From contig MU058418.1 of assembly GCA_013265495.1 (NCBI GenBank), positions 2,568,917-2,623,171 on the forward strand: a stretch of 54,255 nucleotides of DNA, given 5' to 3'. Under the pieces are notes generated by a model. That model did not search any database. It was not told the origin of the DNA and was given only the letters and a program-made list of their open reading frames with translations. This stretch comes from Vicugna vicugna (taxonomy: Eukaryota). This document shows, piece after piece, positions 1 through 11,383 of this stretch. The translations under genes were made by a program, and so were the position numbers. Each line of letters starts with the position of its first letter. The first letter of the stretch is position 1.

Positions 1-60
1 GCGGGGCGGGAATTGTAGGTTTCTGCTCCAAAATCCAACAGTCACTTATTAGGCCCGGGG
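1..60 (+). promoter_or_regulatory. Edge of the CDC40 5' GC-rich/CpG region with a GC box
   Basis: GGGGCGGG at 3-10 and CpGs in the first ~140 nt, which then drop away. Confidence 0.4.
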
Positions 61-339
61 TTACCTTTTCCTCAATACTAAGAGGTAAGTGCTAACGCTT
101 GGATCTCTTTTCCCTACGTTTATCTTCTTCGAGGGAAGCCGGGAATTGGAAGTTCTGGACAGTCCCAACACTCCTTCCTCTCTCCTCCCACCATCAGAAA
201 GCAAGTGGGAAGAGGGGGTGAAATTTCGAATTTATGGATTAGAATGTGGCCTGGATAAAGTAGGTGTAACCTCAGAACATAAACAAAGCTAAATCAGGAC
301 TTCCCAAACTAGTGTATGTGCCCTCACATAAAGTGAGCA

Positions 340-558
340 GTGACCTGGCTTTGTGGTTTTGATTCTGATCCCGGCACCACCAGTGTGAACTTGGGCAAGT
401 TATACAACCTCGTTTGTTTCCTCACCTGTACGATGGAGATGTAATTTTAAAAGCACTTATCTGTGAGAGAATTATCGTGACGATTAAGTGAAATGATACA
501 AATAAAGCTTATAGCACAGAGCCTGGTAGCTAATTAAGTTGCAATGAATCTTAGCTCT
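340..558 (+). mobile_element. MIR SINE
   Basis: Core gtgtgaacttgggcaagttatacaacctc...tttcctcacctgta. Confidence 0.75.
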
Positions 559-659
559 TGCGATTATATATGTCAAGACGGTGAGAAAAGGCCTTGGATT
601 TAAGAAACAATGTGCATGGTCCCAACTGACGAAGGTGATAGAGGAGAAATTGGGTTACA

Positions 660-1080
660 TAGTTGCTTTAATAAATATTTATTGTACACATGTTATTTGC
701 CAGGAACTGTTCTAAGGGCTGAAGACACAGACCAACAAGCCAGACATCTCTTCCATCATGATGCATACATTCTAGTGGAAGAGGCAGCCAATAAAATGTG
801 ACCAAACAGACTGGTTACAGATGGAATTGAGTACTGTGAAGGAAAAAAATAGTTTTGTGAAATAGAGGTAGAGAATAAGGTAGGAGTATAACTTTTATAG
901 ATTGGTCAGTGAAGTCCTCTTGGGAAAGTGGCTTGAAGAACAAGAAAAAGTTCGCCAAGTGCAAGATAAGGCAAGAGTTTCCCAGCAAAGGAGACAGCAA
1001 ACCTTGGGACGGCAAAGAGCACAGTGTTTGAAGAAGTGAGGAGATAAAGGTCTGCGTTTCTAGAGCTGGAGGAAGGCGTC
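660..1080 (-). mobile_element. L2 3' fragment
   Basis: aataaatatttattgtacacatgttatttgccaggaactgttctaagggctg (antisense L2 terminus). Confidence 0.65.
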
Positions 1081-1709
1081 CACCAGTTGGTAGTACAGGC
1101 CCAGTAGAGCCTAATGGGGGTGATCAGGAACTCAACGAGATGAGGGAGGCAGTGTACAGAAATTCTTTGTATTAAAGATGTTCCCTGGTCTACTGTTGTA
1201 ACTCAAAGTCTTTTACAAGTTTTTAGTGAGCTATTTATGGATTTTACTTTTTACTAACTGGACATCAGGTATGAAAGAATGCTTAGAATTCTTATTTTTA
1301 TAACAAAACAAACTCCCCAAACTTAAACCCCTCTAGCAACCTCCTGAGTCTTCATTCTTTTCACAGCTCAGCTTTTTGGAGCTCTCTCACTTCATCTCAT
1401 TTTCTCCAATTCAGTGCAGACTAGTCCTAGCCTCTTGGCAGACTTACTCTCCCTGAGTATTGTCACTGGCTTTCCAGTTGTCAAGTTCTGTTGTGTGTGT
1501 TGAATATCTGCATCAAGTGACACTATTAAATAGTTCTTTGAAACTTTCTCTCCCTTTGTCTTCCATGTGGCCATCCTCATTCTTCTGATCCTCTGTTCTT
1601 CTGCCCTCCCGTTCAATATTGGTGTTTCCTGAGACTATCCTTAGTCCCCTTTGCGGCCTCATAATCTCCAGGCCTTCAACCTGCAGTGGTTCTGATGACT
1701 CACAGGTGA

Positions 1710-1915
1710 GCACAGTGAAGTGGTTTGTATAGGCTCTGGAATCAAGACTGGCAGGATTCAAATCCTGCCTACAGCACTTACCCAAATGGTGACCTTGGAT
1801 AGATTACTTAAGCGCTCTGTGTCTAAGTTTTTTCTCATCTGTAAAGTAGGAATAATACTAATACCTATCTCATGGAGTTAAAGACTTATCATAAAGCATG
1901 TGCCAGACACACTGT
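1710..1915 (+). mobile_element. MIR SINE nested in L2
   Basis: ggctctggaatcaagactggcaggattcaaatcc...gtgaccttgg...ctcatctgtaaa. Confidence 0.8.
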
Positions 1916-2829
1916 TCTTACCAGTTATAAGCTCCTTGCTAGCCTCAGAACCATTAACCTTCTCTCCCAGGATACCTCTCAGGTGCCTCCAATCCAACAT
2001 GCTGGAAAATTAACATTTTCTTTCCCTCAAGATCCACTTCACCTGTTTTCCCCATTTTGATTAATGATCCCACAACCCACCCATTACTCCAAGCCAAGAA
2101 TAGAGGAGTCTTCCTTTTCTCTTCCTTCTTCCTCAGCCCCTGAAGCTAGGTATTCATTTGATCCTAATTTCTGCTTTATTAATTTCTCTCAAATCAGTTC
2201 CTTCCTTTCCATTTTTACTGACACAGCCTTACTTCATATCATCCTTCTCTCAGAAGTCATTCTTGATTTTTCTTTGTCTCTGAACCCCTACTATCGGGTA
2301 ATGGGTCCTGTTCATTTTGACATAATGATATTTGTCAAATCTCTCTTTCCTCTTCTGCTGCCACCATTCAGATTTTTATAATTTTTCTTCAAGACAATTA
2401 TAATAACATTATAATGGTAAACTGAATATACTTCAATTTTTAAACAATAAGTACAAACTGTCTTGCTGGTGTACAGTTTCTGTCAATCAAAATCTTATCT
2501 GAATCAGACAATAAGACCCCATGAAAAGTACAGCCTCTTCTAAATATCCTTAAATAAATTTCTAAGTGTAAAAGAAACAGAAATTTTCATAAATTGTTGT
2601 AAGAAACAAAATTTTTATATTGTAGTAAATGCACTTTTTAAAGTTAAAAAAAGAAACCTCCTAACTGGTCCTTCTACTTCCTCCTTTCTTGTCTCCCAGT
2701 TCCATACCCCCTTTTATCTTTCATAATGCAGAGTGATCTCTCTAAATTCCAGTGTTATCATATCACTTCCCTGCCCAAAGACACCGTGCTGCCTGCTGGG
2801 TAATTTCTAAGTTCCTTATGTAACGTACA

Positions 2830-2891
2830 AAGACTGCCATTCTCCCATGCTGAACTCTGCAAGACTGCCATTCTCCCATGCTGAACTCTGC
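2830..2891. repeat. Perfect 31-bp tandem duplication
   Basis: aagactgccattctcccatgctgaactctgc x2. Confidence 0.95.
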
Positions 2892-3714
2892 GAAGCCCCC
2901 AAAGCCTTATTTTCTTTTTTTCTCTTAAGATTTTGCCCATACCAATCTCTGCCTGGAAATCCCTGATCTCATGCCTCCCCTCACTCCCACCTCCCAAAAC
3001 TCTGCTGTCCTTCAGTCTCAGTGCACATGTTTCCTCCTCTTTCTACTTTAGCCCCCTTTCCACTCCTCAAGTTACAGCACTTGCCACATTGCTGTGATTT
3101 GTTCATTTTTTTCTTTCCCCTGGACCAGACCCTGGAGATTGTGTCTATTTGTTTTCATGTCTTCAATGCCTAGTACACAAGATTAAGAGAAATATATTTG
3201 GTGAGAAAATGAATGAAAGAGTAAGGGGAAAAGAATGTCTTGGAAAAGCATGTACATTGAGAATCAGTGTTCATTGATTGGGTGAGAGTGAGGGGATGTC
3301 TCTAGAACTCAGTTCAGTCACTTCAAGTTATAAGTGAAATAATCCAGGAAGAAAATTGTATATGGTGTGAGAGGTCTGGTAGAAGCAGAGCTGGGGCTAA
3401 ACCCCCAATGATCTAGGTTCTATAATGAAAGAGTAAGGGATATTGATGATTGCTAGTTTGTTAATATGCTTAAAAAAAAAAAAGCCAATACCTAGTAAAT
3501 TTAATGATAGAAAAATGTCCAAAGTGGTAGATGTGAAGCATACAAATTAAATACATTCATCTATTTTTGACAAATTATATTGTGACTAATAGCGAGCATT
3601 TTGGCAAAGTATAAACTTATGTAATGTTTTAAATCCATATCCCTCCAGCTCTGGGAAAAAAAAAAATCCATATCCCTGAACACTAATGAGATTTCATATA
3701 TCTTACTGTGATTG

Positions 3715-4490
3715 ATTTTTTTTTTCTTGAAGTTACTGTTGGGTTGTCTTTTTCCTTTTGATTTGTAGGAGATCTTTATATATTCTGGATACTATCCTTT
3801 GTCAACTATGTGTTTTGCAAATTTGTGGCTTGTTATGGATTGTAGTTCCTGTTTCTTGTTTAAATCCTTCCTTTTCTCAAAGTCACAAAAATACCTCCCC
3901 CCGTTTTGTCTTCTGAAAGCATTATATTTTTGCTTTTTACATTTAATTCATAAATCCACATGGAATTAATTATTGTGTATAGTGTGAACATTTTTAATAA
4001 TATGGCTTGATCTTTGATAGGGTTGTTCTAGACACCAGCCCCCAACACCATCTCCATCCCTTTCTGTTGTTCAAAATTGTCTTGGCTATTCTTGTCCTAT
4101 GTAATTCTATATATATGGTTTAGAATTAACTTGTAAGTTCTACCTAACACCCCGGTGGGGTTTTGTTGGGGACTGCATTAGAATCATAGATTAATTTGAA
4201 GACAGTGTTATATCTATTCATTCATTTAGGTCTTCTGTAGGTTTTTAATTTCTTTGAAAGTTTATAATTTTCATCATTAATAACTTGATCAGTTTTGTTG
4301 CAGATATTCTAGGTGCATCTTATTTTTATGCTACTATAATAATAATTTGTGGGTTCTTTTTCTATTATTTAATTTTTTGACTGATCTTACTACTTACATA
4401 ATGGTATCAGCTACAAACGTGACAGTATTTTTTTTCTTTCTTTCAGTTTTTATTTTTTTTCTTGCCTTGCCATATTGCTAAGAACTCCAG
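3715..4490 (-). mobile_element. Old L1M ORF2 3'-part fragment
   Basis: Degenerate antisense L1 motifs, e.g. gatctttatatattctggatact and gactgcattagaatcatagattaatttg. Confidence 0.7.
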
Positions 4491-4499
4491 AAGGATTAA

Positions 4500-5392
4500 A
4501 AAATAAGAAAGGAAGAAGAATATGTCAGACCAATTCTAAGCAAAACAAAATGGTACTGGTTGTATTAGGGTCTATGGAATAGACTTTAAAACGAAAGAAG
4601 AATCCCTTCATAGTGATATAAAGTTAAATTCACAAAGAAATGCATAACAATTTTAAATTTATATGCACCTAATAATGTAAGCTCAAAATATTTAGGCAAA
4701 AAGTTTTATAACTATGAGAGAAATTGATAAATCTATAATTACAGCAGATTTTAATATACCTGTTTCAGTAATTGATAGAATAAGCAAAACAGTATCAGTA
4801 ATGATGCAGAAAATTTGAACAACAGAATTAGCCAGCTTTATTTAAAGGGTATAAAGAACATAGCACTCAATGCAGAAAATTGTTTTTAAATACTAACAGA
4901 ACATTTTTTTAAAAAACTGACCATATGCTAGGCCAGAGATTGGCAAACTTTGGTAAAGAGCCAGATAGTAAATATTTTAGGCTATTCTGTCCACATACAG
5001 TCTTTGTGACATTCTTACTGTCTTTCCATCTTTCTTTTTTTAAACAACCCTTTAAAATGTAAATGTCTTATATTTACCTAGCTTGTTGGTACAAAAATAG
5101 ACTGTGGGCCAGACTTAGACCAATAATTGCAGTTTGCCAATCCCTGTACCAGACCATAAAATAGGTTCTCTGATCATAATGCATCTAAGCTAATCAGCCA
5201 CAAAAAGATAACTGTAAAATCCCCATATTTGAAAATTATGAAATTGTACTCAGTAACCCATGGGCCAACATTAAAAAAATAATATTTTGAACTAAACAAT
5301 AAGAAAATAATGCTCATCAGAACTTGTGAGGTGCAGCCATAGCAATAATTTTTTTTTCTAATCTTAAGTATATGTAATAGAAAAGAAGAATG
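4500..5392 (+). mobile_element. Old L1M endonuclease-region fragment, interrupted by a MER58-like element
   Basis: aatttatatgcacctaataat (NxYAP motif), agagaaattgataaatctataatt, and gaccatatgctaggc...cataaa. Confidence 0.7.
4934..5146. mobile_element. MER58-like hAT-Charlie non-autonomous DNA transposon
   Basis: 16-bp TIRs cagagattggcaaact / agtttgccaatccctg (15/16 match); degenerate 8-bp TSD tgctaggc / taccagac. Confidence 0.85.
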
Positions 5393-5780
5393 GCACAGTT
5401 AGATGGTAGGCATCCATTCTTTCAGACTGACTTTTTTGGTAATCATCCCAGACTTTTGCTGTACTCATTTGTAAATGCCCTCAGTTTCTGCTTTTTAAGT
5501 GGTTACCCCTAGAAATTAAAACGTCTGAATTAATCAGTACTTTTGTCTCTTACTGAACAGTGCAAGAACCTTAGAACACTTGTTTTATTCACATACCCCC
5601 ACCTCTACTGTAGCTATCGTGCTGTGAATTTTATATGTATTTAATCCTCACACGATGATAGTGAATGATGCTGATTTTTGTATCTCATGCAAGAGGTGGC
5701 CTTCTTCCTGCCTGTAGTGCATACTTCATCTTCTTTAGTGAGGGTTAACTGGTGGCAACTGCTTGCATTTTTAGTTTGTC

Positions 5781-6329
5781 TTTTTTTTTTAATTGAAGTA
5801 TAATTGACATAAAACATTATATTAGTTTCAGGTGTACAACATAATAATTCAACATTTATATACATTGTAAAATGATCACCACAGTAAGTCTAGTTACCAT
5901 CTATCACCATACAGTTATAAAATTTTTTTCTTATGATGAAAAGTTTTATGATTTACTTTCTTAACAGCCTTCAGATTTGCTATACAGTATTATTGACTAT
6001 AGTTGCCATACTGTACATTATATTCCTATGACTTATTTATTTTACAAGTAGAAGTTTGTACCTCTTGATTGCCTTTATCTATTCTGCCCATCCCCTCAGG
6101 CCCCTACCTTCTGATAACCACTGATCTGTTCTCTGTATCTGTGACTTTGAGTTTTTGGAGGGTTCTTTTTGCTTGTTTGTTTTGTTTTTTAAATTCCACA
6201 CAGAATGGTATCATATGGTTTTTGTCTTTCTCTGTCTAACTGTATTTCACTTAGCATCATACCCTCAAGGTCCATTCATGTTGTCATAATTGGCAACATT
6301 TCATTCTCTTTTCATGGCTGAGTAGTATT

Positions 6330-6374
<45 letters not shown>

Positions 6375-9300
6375 ACCACACTTTTTATATCCACTCATCC
6401 ACTGATGGACACTTAGGTTGTTTTCATATCTTTGCTGTTGTATATATAATGTTGCAGTGAACATAGAGCACATATATCTTTTAAAATTAGTGTTTTCATT
6501 TTTTTCAGATACATACCTAGAAGTGGAATTGCTGGATCATATTAGCAGTTCTGTTTTTAATTTTTTGAGGTACCTCCATTTGTTTTCCATAGTGGCTGCA
6601 CCAATTTACATTCCCACCAGCAGTGCACAAAGCTTCCCTTTTCTCCATAATCTTGCCAACACATGTTATTTCCTGTCCTTTCGATAATAGCCATTCTGAT
6701 AAGTGTGAGGTGATATCTCATTGTGGTTGTGATTTGCACTTCCCTGATGACTAGTGATGTGTGGGGCATCTTTTCATGTACCTGCTGGCCATCTGTATGT
6801 CTTCTTTGGAAAAATATCTGTTCAGACTTTGCCCATTTTAAAATTGATTGTGTTTTTATTATTGAGTTGTATGAGTTCTTTCTGTATTTTGGATATTGAC
6901 CCCTTATCAGGTATATGATTTCCAAAAATCTCCCACTCAGTAGGTTGCCTTTTTATTTTGTTGATGGTTTCCTTTGCTCAGTTTGATGTCTCATTCATTT
7001 ATTTTTGCTTTCTTTGCCATTACCTTTGGAGTCAGATCCCCAAAAAAGTGCTAAGACCAATGTCAAGGAGCTTTCCACCTATGATTTCTTCTAGGATTTT
7101 TACAGTTTTTGGTCTTACGTTCAGGCCTTTAATCCATTTTGAGTAAATTTTTATGTATGGTGTAAGACAGTGATCCTGTTTCATTTTTTTTGCATGTTCA
7201 TTTCCCAACATCATTTATGGAAGAGACTGTCCTTTCCCCATTGTATAGTCTTGCCTTCTTTGTCATGGATTAATTGTCCATATACGGGTGGGTTTATTTC
7301 TGGTTTTGGGTTCTCTATTCTGTTCCATTGATCTGTGTGTCTGTTTTTATGACAATATCACTCTGTTTTGATAACTGTAGCTTTATAATATAGTTTGAAA
7401 TCAGGGATCCTGATGCCTACAGCCCTATTTTTCTTTCTCAAGATTAATTTTGCTATTTGGATTTTTTGTGGTTCCATACAAATTTTAGGATTATTTAGTT
7501 TATTTCTGTGAAAAATGCCATTGGACTTTTGATAGGGATTGCATTGAATCTGTAGGTTGCTTTGGCTAATGTGGACATTTTAATATTTTAATTCTTCCAC
7601 TCCATAAGCATAGAAAATCTTTCCATTTATTTGACTCTCTTCAGTTTTTTTCATCAATATTTTATAGTTTTCAGTGTACATGTCTTTCAACTCCTTGTTT
7701 AAATTTGTTCCTAGGTATTTTGTTGTTTCTGTTGCCATGGTAAATTGGATTGCTTTTTTAATTGCTCTTTCCAGTAGTTCACTGTTAGCATATAAAACAC
7801 AACAAATTTTTGTATATTGATTTTTGTACCCTGCAACTTACTGATTTCATGTATTATAATAGTTTTTTGGTGGAGTCTTTAGGGTGTTCTATATATACAT
7901 GATGTCATCAGCCAATAGTGACAGTTTTACTTTTTCTTTTCCAATTTGGATGCCTTTTATTTCTTTTCCCTGCCTAAATTGCTCTAAAACTTCCAATACT
8001 ATGTTGAATTAAAGTGGTGAGAGTGGGCATCCTTGTTTTGTTCTGATTTTAAAGGAAAAACTTTCATCTTTTTACAATTGAGACGTTAGCTGTAGGTTTG
8101 TCATATATGGCCTTTATTATGTTGAGGTACATTCTGTCTATATTTGGTTGAGAGTTTTTATGATAAATGTCATAAAACTTGTCAATTGCTTTTTCTGCAC
8201 CTATTATGATGATCATATGATTTTTATTCTTTATTTTGTTAATGTGATGTGTCACACTGATTAAATTGCAGATGTTAAACCATCCTTGCATCCATAGAAT
8301 AAACCCTAATTGATCATGATGAATGATCTTTTTATTGTATTGTTGTATTTGGTTTGCTAATATTTTGTTGAGGATGTTTGCAACTAAGTTCTTCAGAAAT
8401 ATTGGCCTGTAATTTCCCCCTTTTTTGGTGTCCTTGTCTGGTTTTGGTATCAGGGTAATGTTAGCCTCATAAAATGAGTTTGGGAGCATTCAGTCTTCTT
8501 CAGTTTTTTGGAAGAGTTTGAGAAGGATAGTTATTAAATCTTTGAATGTTTGGTAGAATATACCAGTGAAGCCATCTGTCCTGGAGTTTTGTTTACTGGG
8601 AGTTTTTTGATTATTGATTCAATCTCCTTGCTAGTAATTGGTCAGTTCATATTTCCATTTCCTCATGATTCAGGCTCAGAAGATTGTATGTTTCTAGGAA
8701 TTTATCCGTTTCTTCTGGGTTGTCCAATTTGTTGGCATATAGTTGTTTATAGTATTATCTTATGATCCTTTGTATCTTTGGTATCAGTTTTAACTTCTCT
8801 TTCGTTTCTGATCTTGTTTATTTCACCTATCTTTTTTTCTTAGTGTGTCTAGTTAAAAGTTTATCAATTTTGTTTATCTTTTCAAAGAACCAGCTCTTGT
8901 CTTTTTTTCCTTTTTTTTTTTTAGTCTCTATTTCACTATTCCATTATGATCTCTATTTTTTCCTTCCTTCTACCAACTTTGGGTTTTATTTGTTCTTCTT
9001 TTCTAGTTCCTTTAGGTGTAAAGTTAGATTGTTTACTTGAGGTTTTTCTTGTTTCTTGAGGTAGTCCTATATTTCTGCCATCCCTCTTAGAACTGCTTTT
9101 GCTACATCCCATAGATTTTGGTATGTTGTACTTCCATTTTCATTTGCCTCAAGGTCTTTTTTTAAATTTCTTCTTTGATTTCTTCATTGACCCGTTGGTT
9201 GTTCAGTAACATGTTGTTTAATTTCCACATATTTATGATTTTTCAGTTTTCTTCTTGTAATTGATTTCTAGTTTCACACCATTGTGGTTGGAAAAAATGC

Positions 9301-9705
9301 TTTATAAGATTTCAGTCTTCTTAAATTTATTGAGACTTGTTTTGTGGCCTAACACATGTTCTATCCTGGAGAACATTCCATGTGCATTTGAAAAGAATAT
9401 ATATTCTACTGCTCCTAGATGGAATGTTCTGTATTTATCTATTAAGTCTGTCCGGTCTAATGTGTAATTTAAGGCCAATGTTTCCTTATTGATTTTCTGT
9501 CTGGATGATCTATTCATTGATGTAAGTGGAATGTTAAAGTCCTCTACTATTATATTGCTGTCATTTTCTCCCCTTAGGTCTGTTAATATTTGCTTTACGT
9601 ATTTAGGTGCTCCTGTCTTGGGTGCATAAATATTTACAAATGTTATATCTTTTTGTTGGATTTACTTCTTTATCATTATGTAATGTCCATCTCTATCTTT
9701 TATTA
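5781..9705 (-). mobile_element. 5'-truncated LINE-1 (~3.9 kb, decayed ORF2 + 3'UTR + poly(A))
   Basis: Poly(T) at 5781. Minus-strand ORF remnants cover the EN region (9302-9517), RT region [19 protein letters not shown] (8064-8489) and C-terminal Cys motif HCWWECKLVQPLWK (6557-6925). Many stops and frameshifts. Confidence 0.95.
6332..6372. repeat. (TG)20 microsatellite inside the L1 3' region
   Basis: Perfect TG run. Confidence 0.97.
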
Positions 9706-9924
9706 GTCTTTTTCTTCTTTGTTTGTTAAGGACGAAACTCAAAAAATATCTTTATATGAACTTCTATTTTTTTTTTTTAATCTCAGCCATTTAAATTCCC
9801 ATTTTAGGAAGTCTATTCATTTCATTTTTCACTTTCTGGGGGAAAAAACTATACTATAAATTGATAGTTTATGATAATGGTTAATATTTATGTCCTGCTT
9901 TATAGTTTACAAAGTGCTTTCACG

Positions 9925-10050
9925 TTTTTATTTGATTGGTTGGTTGTTTACTATTTTTTTCTTTTTTTTTTTAATGGAGGTACTGGGGATTAAACTAAGG
10001 ACTTTGTGCATAATAAGCATGTGCTCTATAATTGGGCTATACCCACCTCC
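9925..10050 (-). mobile_element. tRNA-derived SINE (camelid Vic-1-like)
   Basis: Reverse complement reads ggaggtgggtatagcccaattatagagcacatgcttattatgcacaaagtccttagtttaatccccagtacctccatt + A-rich tail. Confidence 0.8.
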
Positions 10051-10847
10051 TAAATATCTATTTTCTTATTTGTTCAACAGTAAGAAGTGTATAAAGGACA
10101 AAAAAGTAATTATTGCTTAATTTTATTCTCAAATTACTTTGAATCAACAAAAGATAATCTGTTTAAACTTATTTGACCCATAGGGTGCCCTTCACTTACT
10201 GCACTTAAATTTTTATGAATAATTAAATCTGAATAGAAATCCTTTGTAATTCTTTGATAATTTTAATTACATGCCTAATTGATACTAAACTCCTCGTGGG
10301 TATTAAAACGAGGTTGTGGTGTTGTCCAAGTTCTTCTAATTAAACTTAAAATTAATAACTTCACTTTTTGAAGAGTTGTTGAGTTCTATAATTTCAGCAG
10401 GAGCTAGAAACTGGGACCTATTTATATTTTTTATTAGTTGCTTCCGTTTCTTTTTTTAAATTGGTTTTTTAGAGAATTTCTTTTTAAATTGTATTTTGCA
10501 TTTAAAACTTGATGTCTCATAGTACTCTGTTCAAAATAATTCAAATTTAGAATATTTAAAATACCCTTAATCAGAAAGATCTGGTAAACCATATTATAAA
10601 GTGGTTCTAGCAGCTGTGTTCTAAAATATCCACTGGGGAGGTATGAATGTGGCTAAACCTTCTGTTTCTTTAAGCAGTTTGTCACTGGGGGTTGAATATT
10701 AAGAGAAAAAATCATTTAATTTAGTTTTTGTGCAGTTTAAGCCATTTGTATATAACCTTTTAACTATGGTGCTGGGTTTTGCTGCAGAGCCCTAAGTACT
10801 CTCTCTAATCAATGAAGATTCAGGTGTGCTTTCTAGGAAAATACGTA

Positions 10848-11383
10848 TGTGTCATATAATTAGGTGACCCAGCGTTTGAACCCCTTTCCTTAATAGTCTT
10901 AATGTGAACAACATCCCTCCCTGCTTCCTACCTTCAGAAGCTGAAAACCCAGATTCTCATTCTCCCAGCTCCCTTTCAGCTAAGGTTCAGGACGATAATT
11001 TGGACTCAACCAGACAGAGGTACCTGTCTAAATTCTAATCTAAAGCTGATTAATCCACAAAGAAGTAAAGAAAGAGAATATTTTAAGTGGCAGTGGTGAC
11101 CAGTATCATCTGGTTCCTCTGGCTGGAAGTCTCAACAGCAGCATCCAGTGGCAGCCATCACAGTTTAGTAATGATGTTTGGTAATGATGAACTTTCGTTC
11201 TCACTGTACTGGTTTGAGATATGACTGATTTCAAATCATGATTCCATCTAAATACTCACCCTTTATCTCTGCCTATTCCCCCAGACTGATTCTCCACCCT
11301 TCTTGGCAGTTCTAAGAGAAACTTGAAAGGATTCAGCCTTTGAGGTTTTTAGTTGCTTGCAGTTAAGAACCCTGACTAATACT
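10848..11383 (+). mobile_element. ERVL-class solo LTR (LTR33-like)
   Basis: tgt... start, internal cagaagctgaaaa...ctcccagctccctttcagcta, and terminus gttgcttgcagttaagaaccctgactaatac. Confidence 0.65.

Larger units (their letters stand above)
1290..3220 (+). mobile_element. Fragmented L2 LINE (interrupted by a MIR and an AT-rich insert)
   Basis: L2 motifs ctttgaaactttctctcc, cctcctaactggtc and atcacttccctgc, with a 3' end tgcctagtacaca...gaatgaa. Confidence 0.65.

Noticed and set aside
89..801. ORFs 89..292 and 610..801 as CDC40 exon 1
   Set aside because: Neither resembles the Ser/Ala-rich CDC40 N-terminus, and the second runs into an L2 end. Exon 1 is outside the window.
2830..2891. CRISPR-like direct repeats (also 29847-29907)
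   Set aside because: Only two copies, no spacer, and a mammalian intron context.
6557..9517. Reverse transcriptase/endonuclease ORFs as a novel RT system
   Set aside because: These are collinear broken pieces of ordinary L1 ORF2 in a 5'-truncated dead copy.
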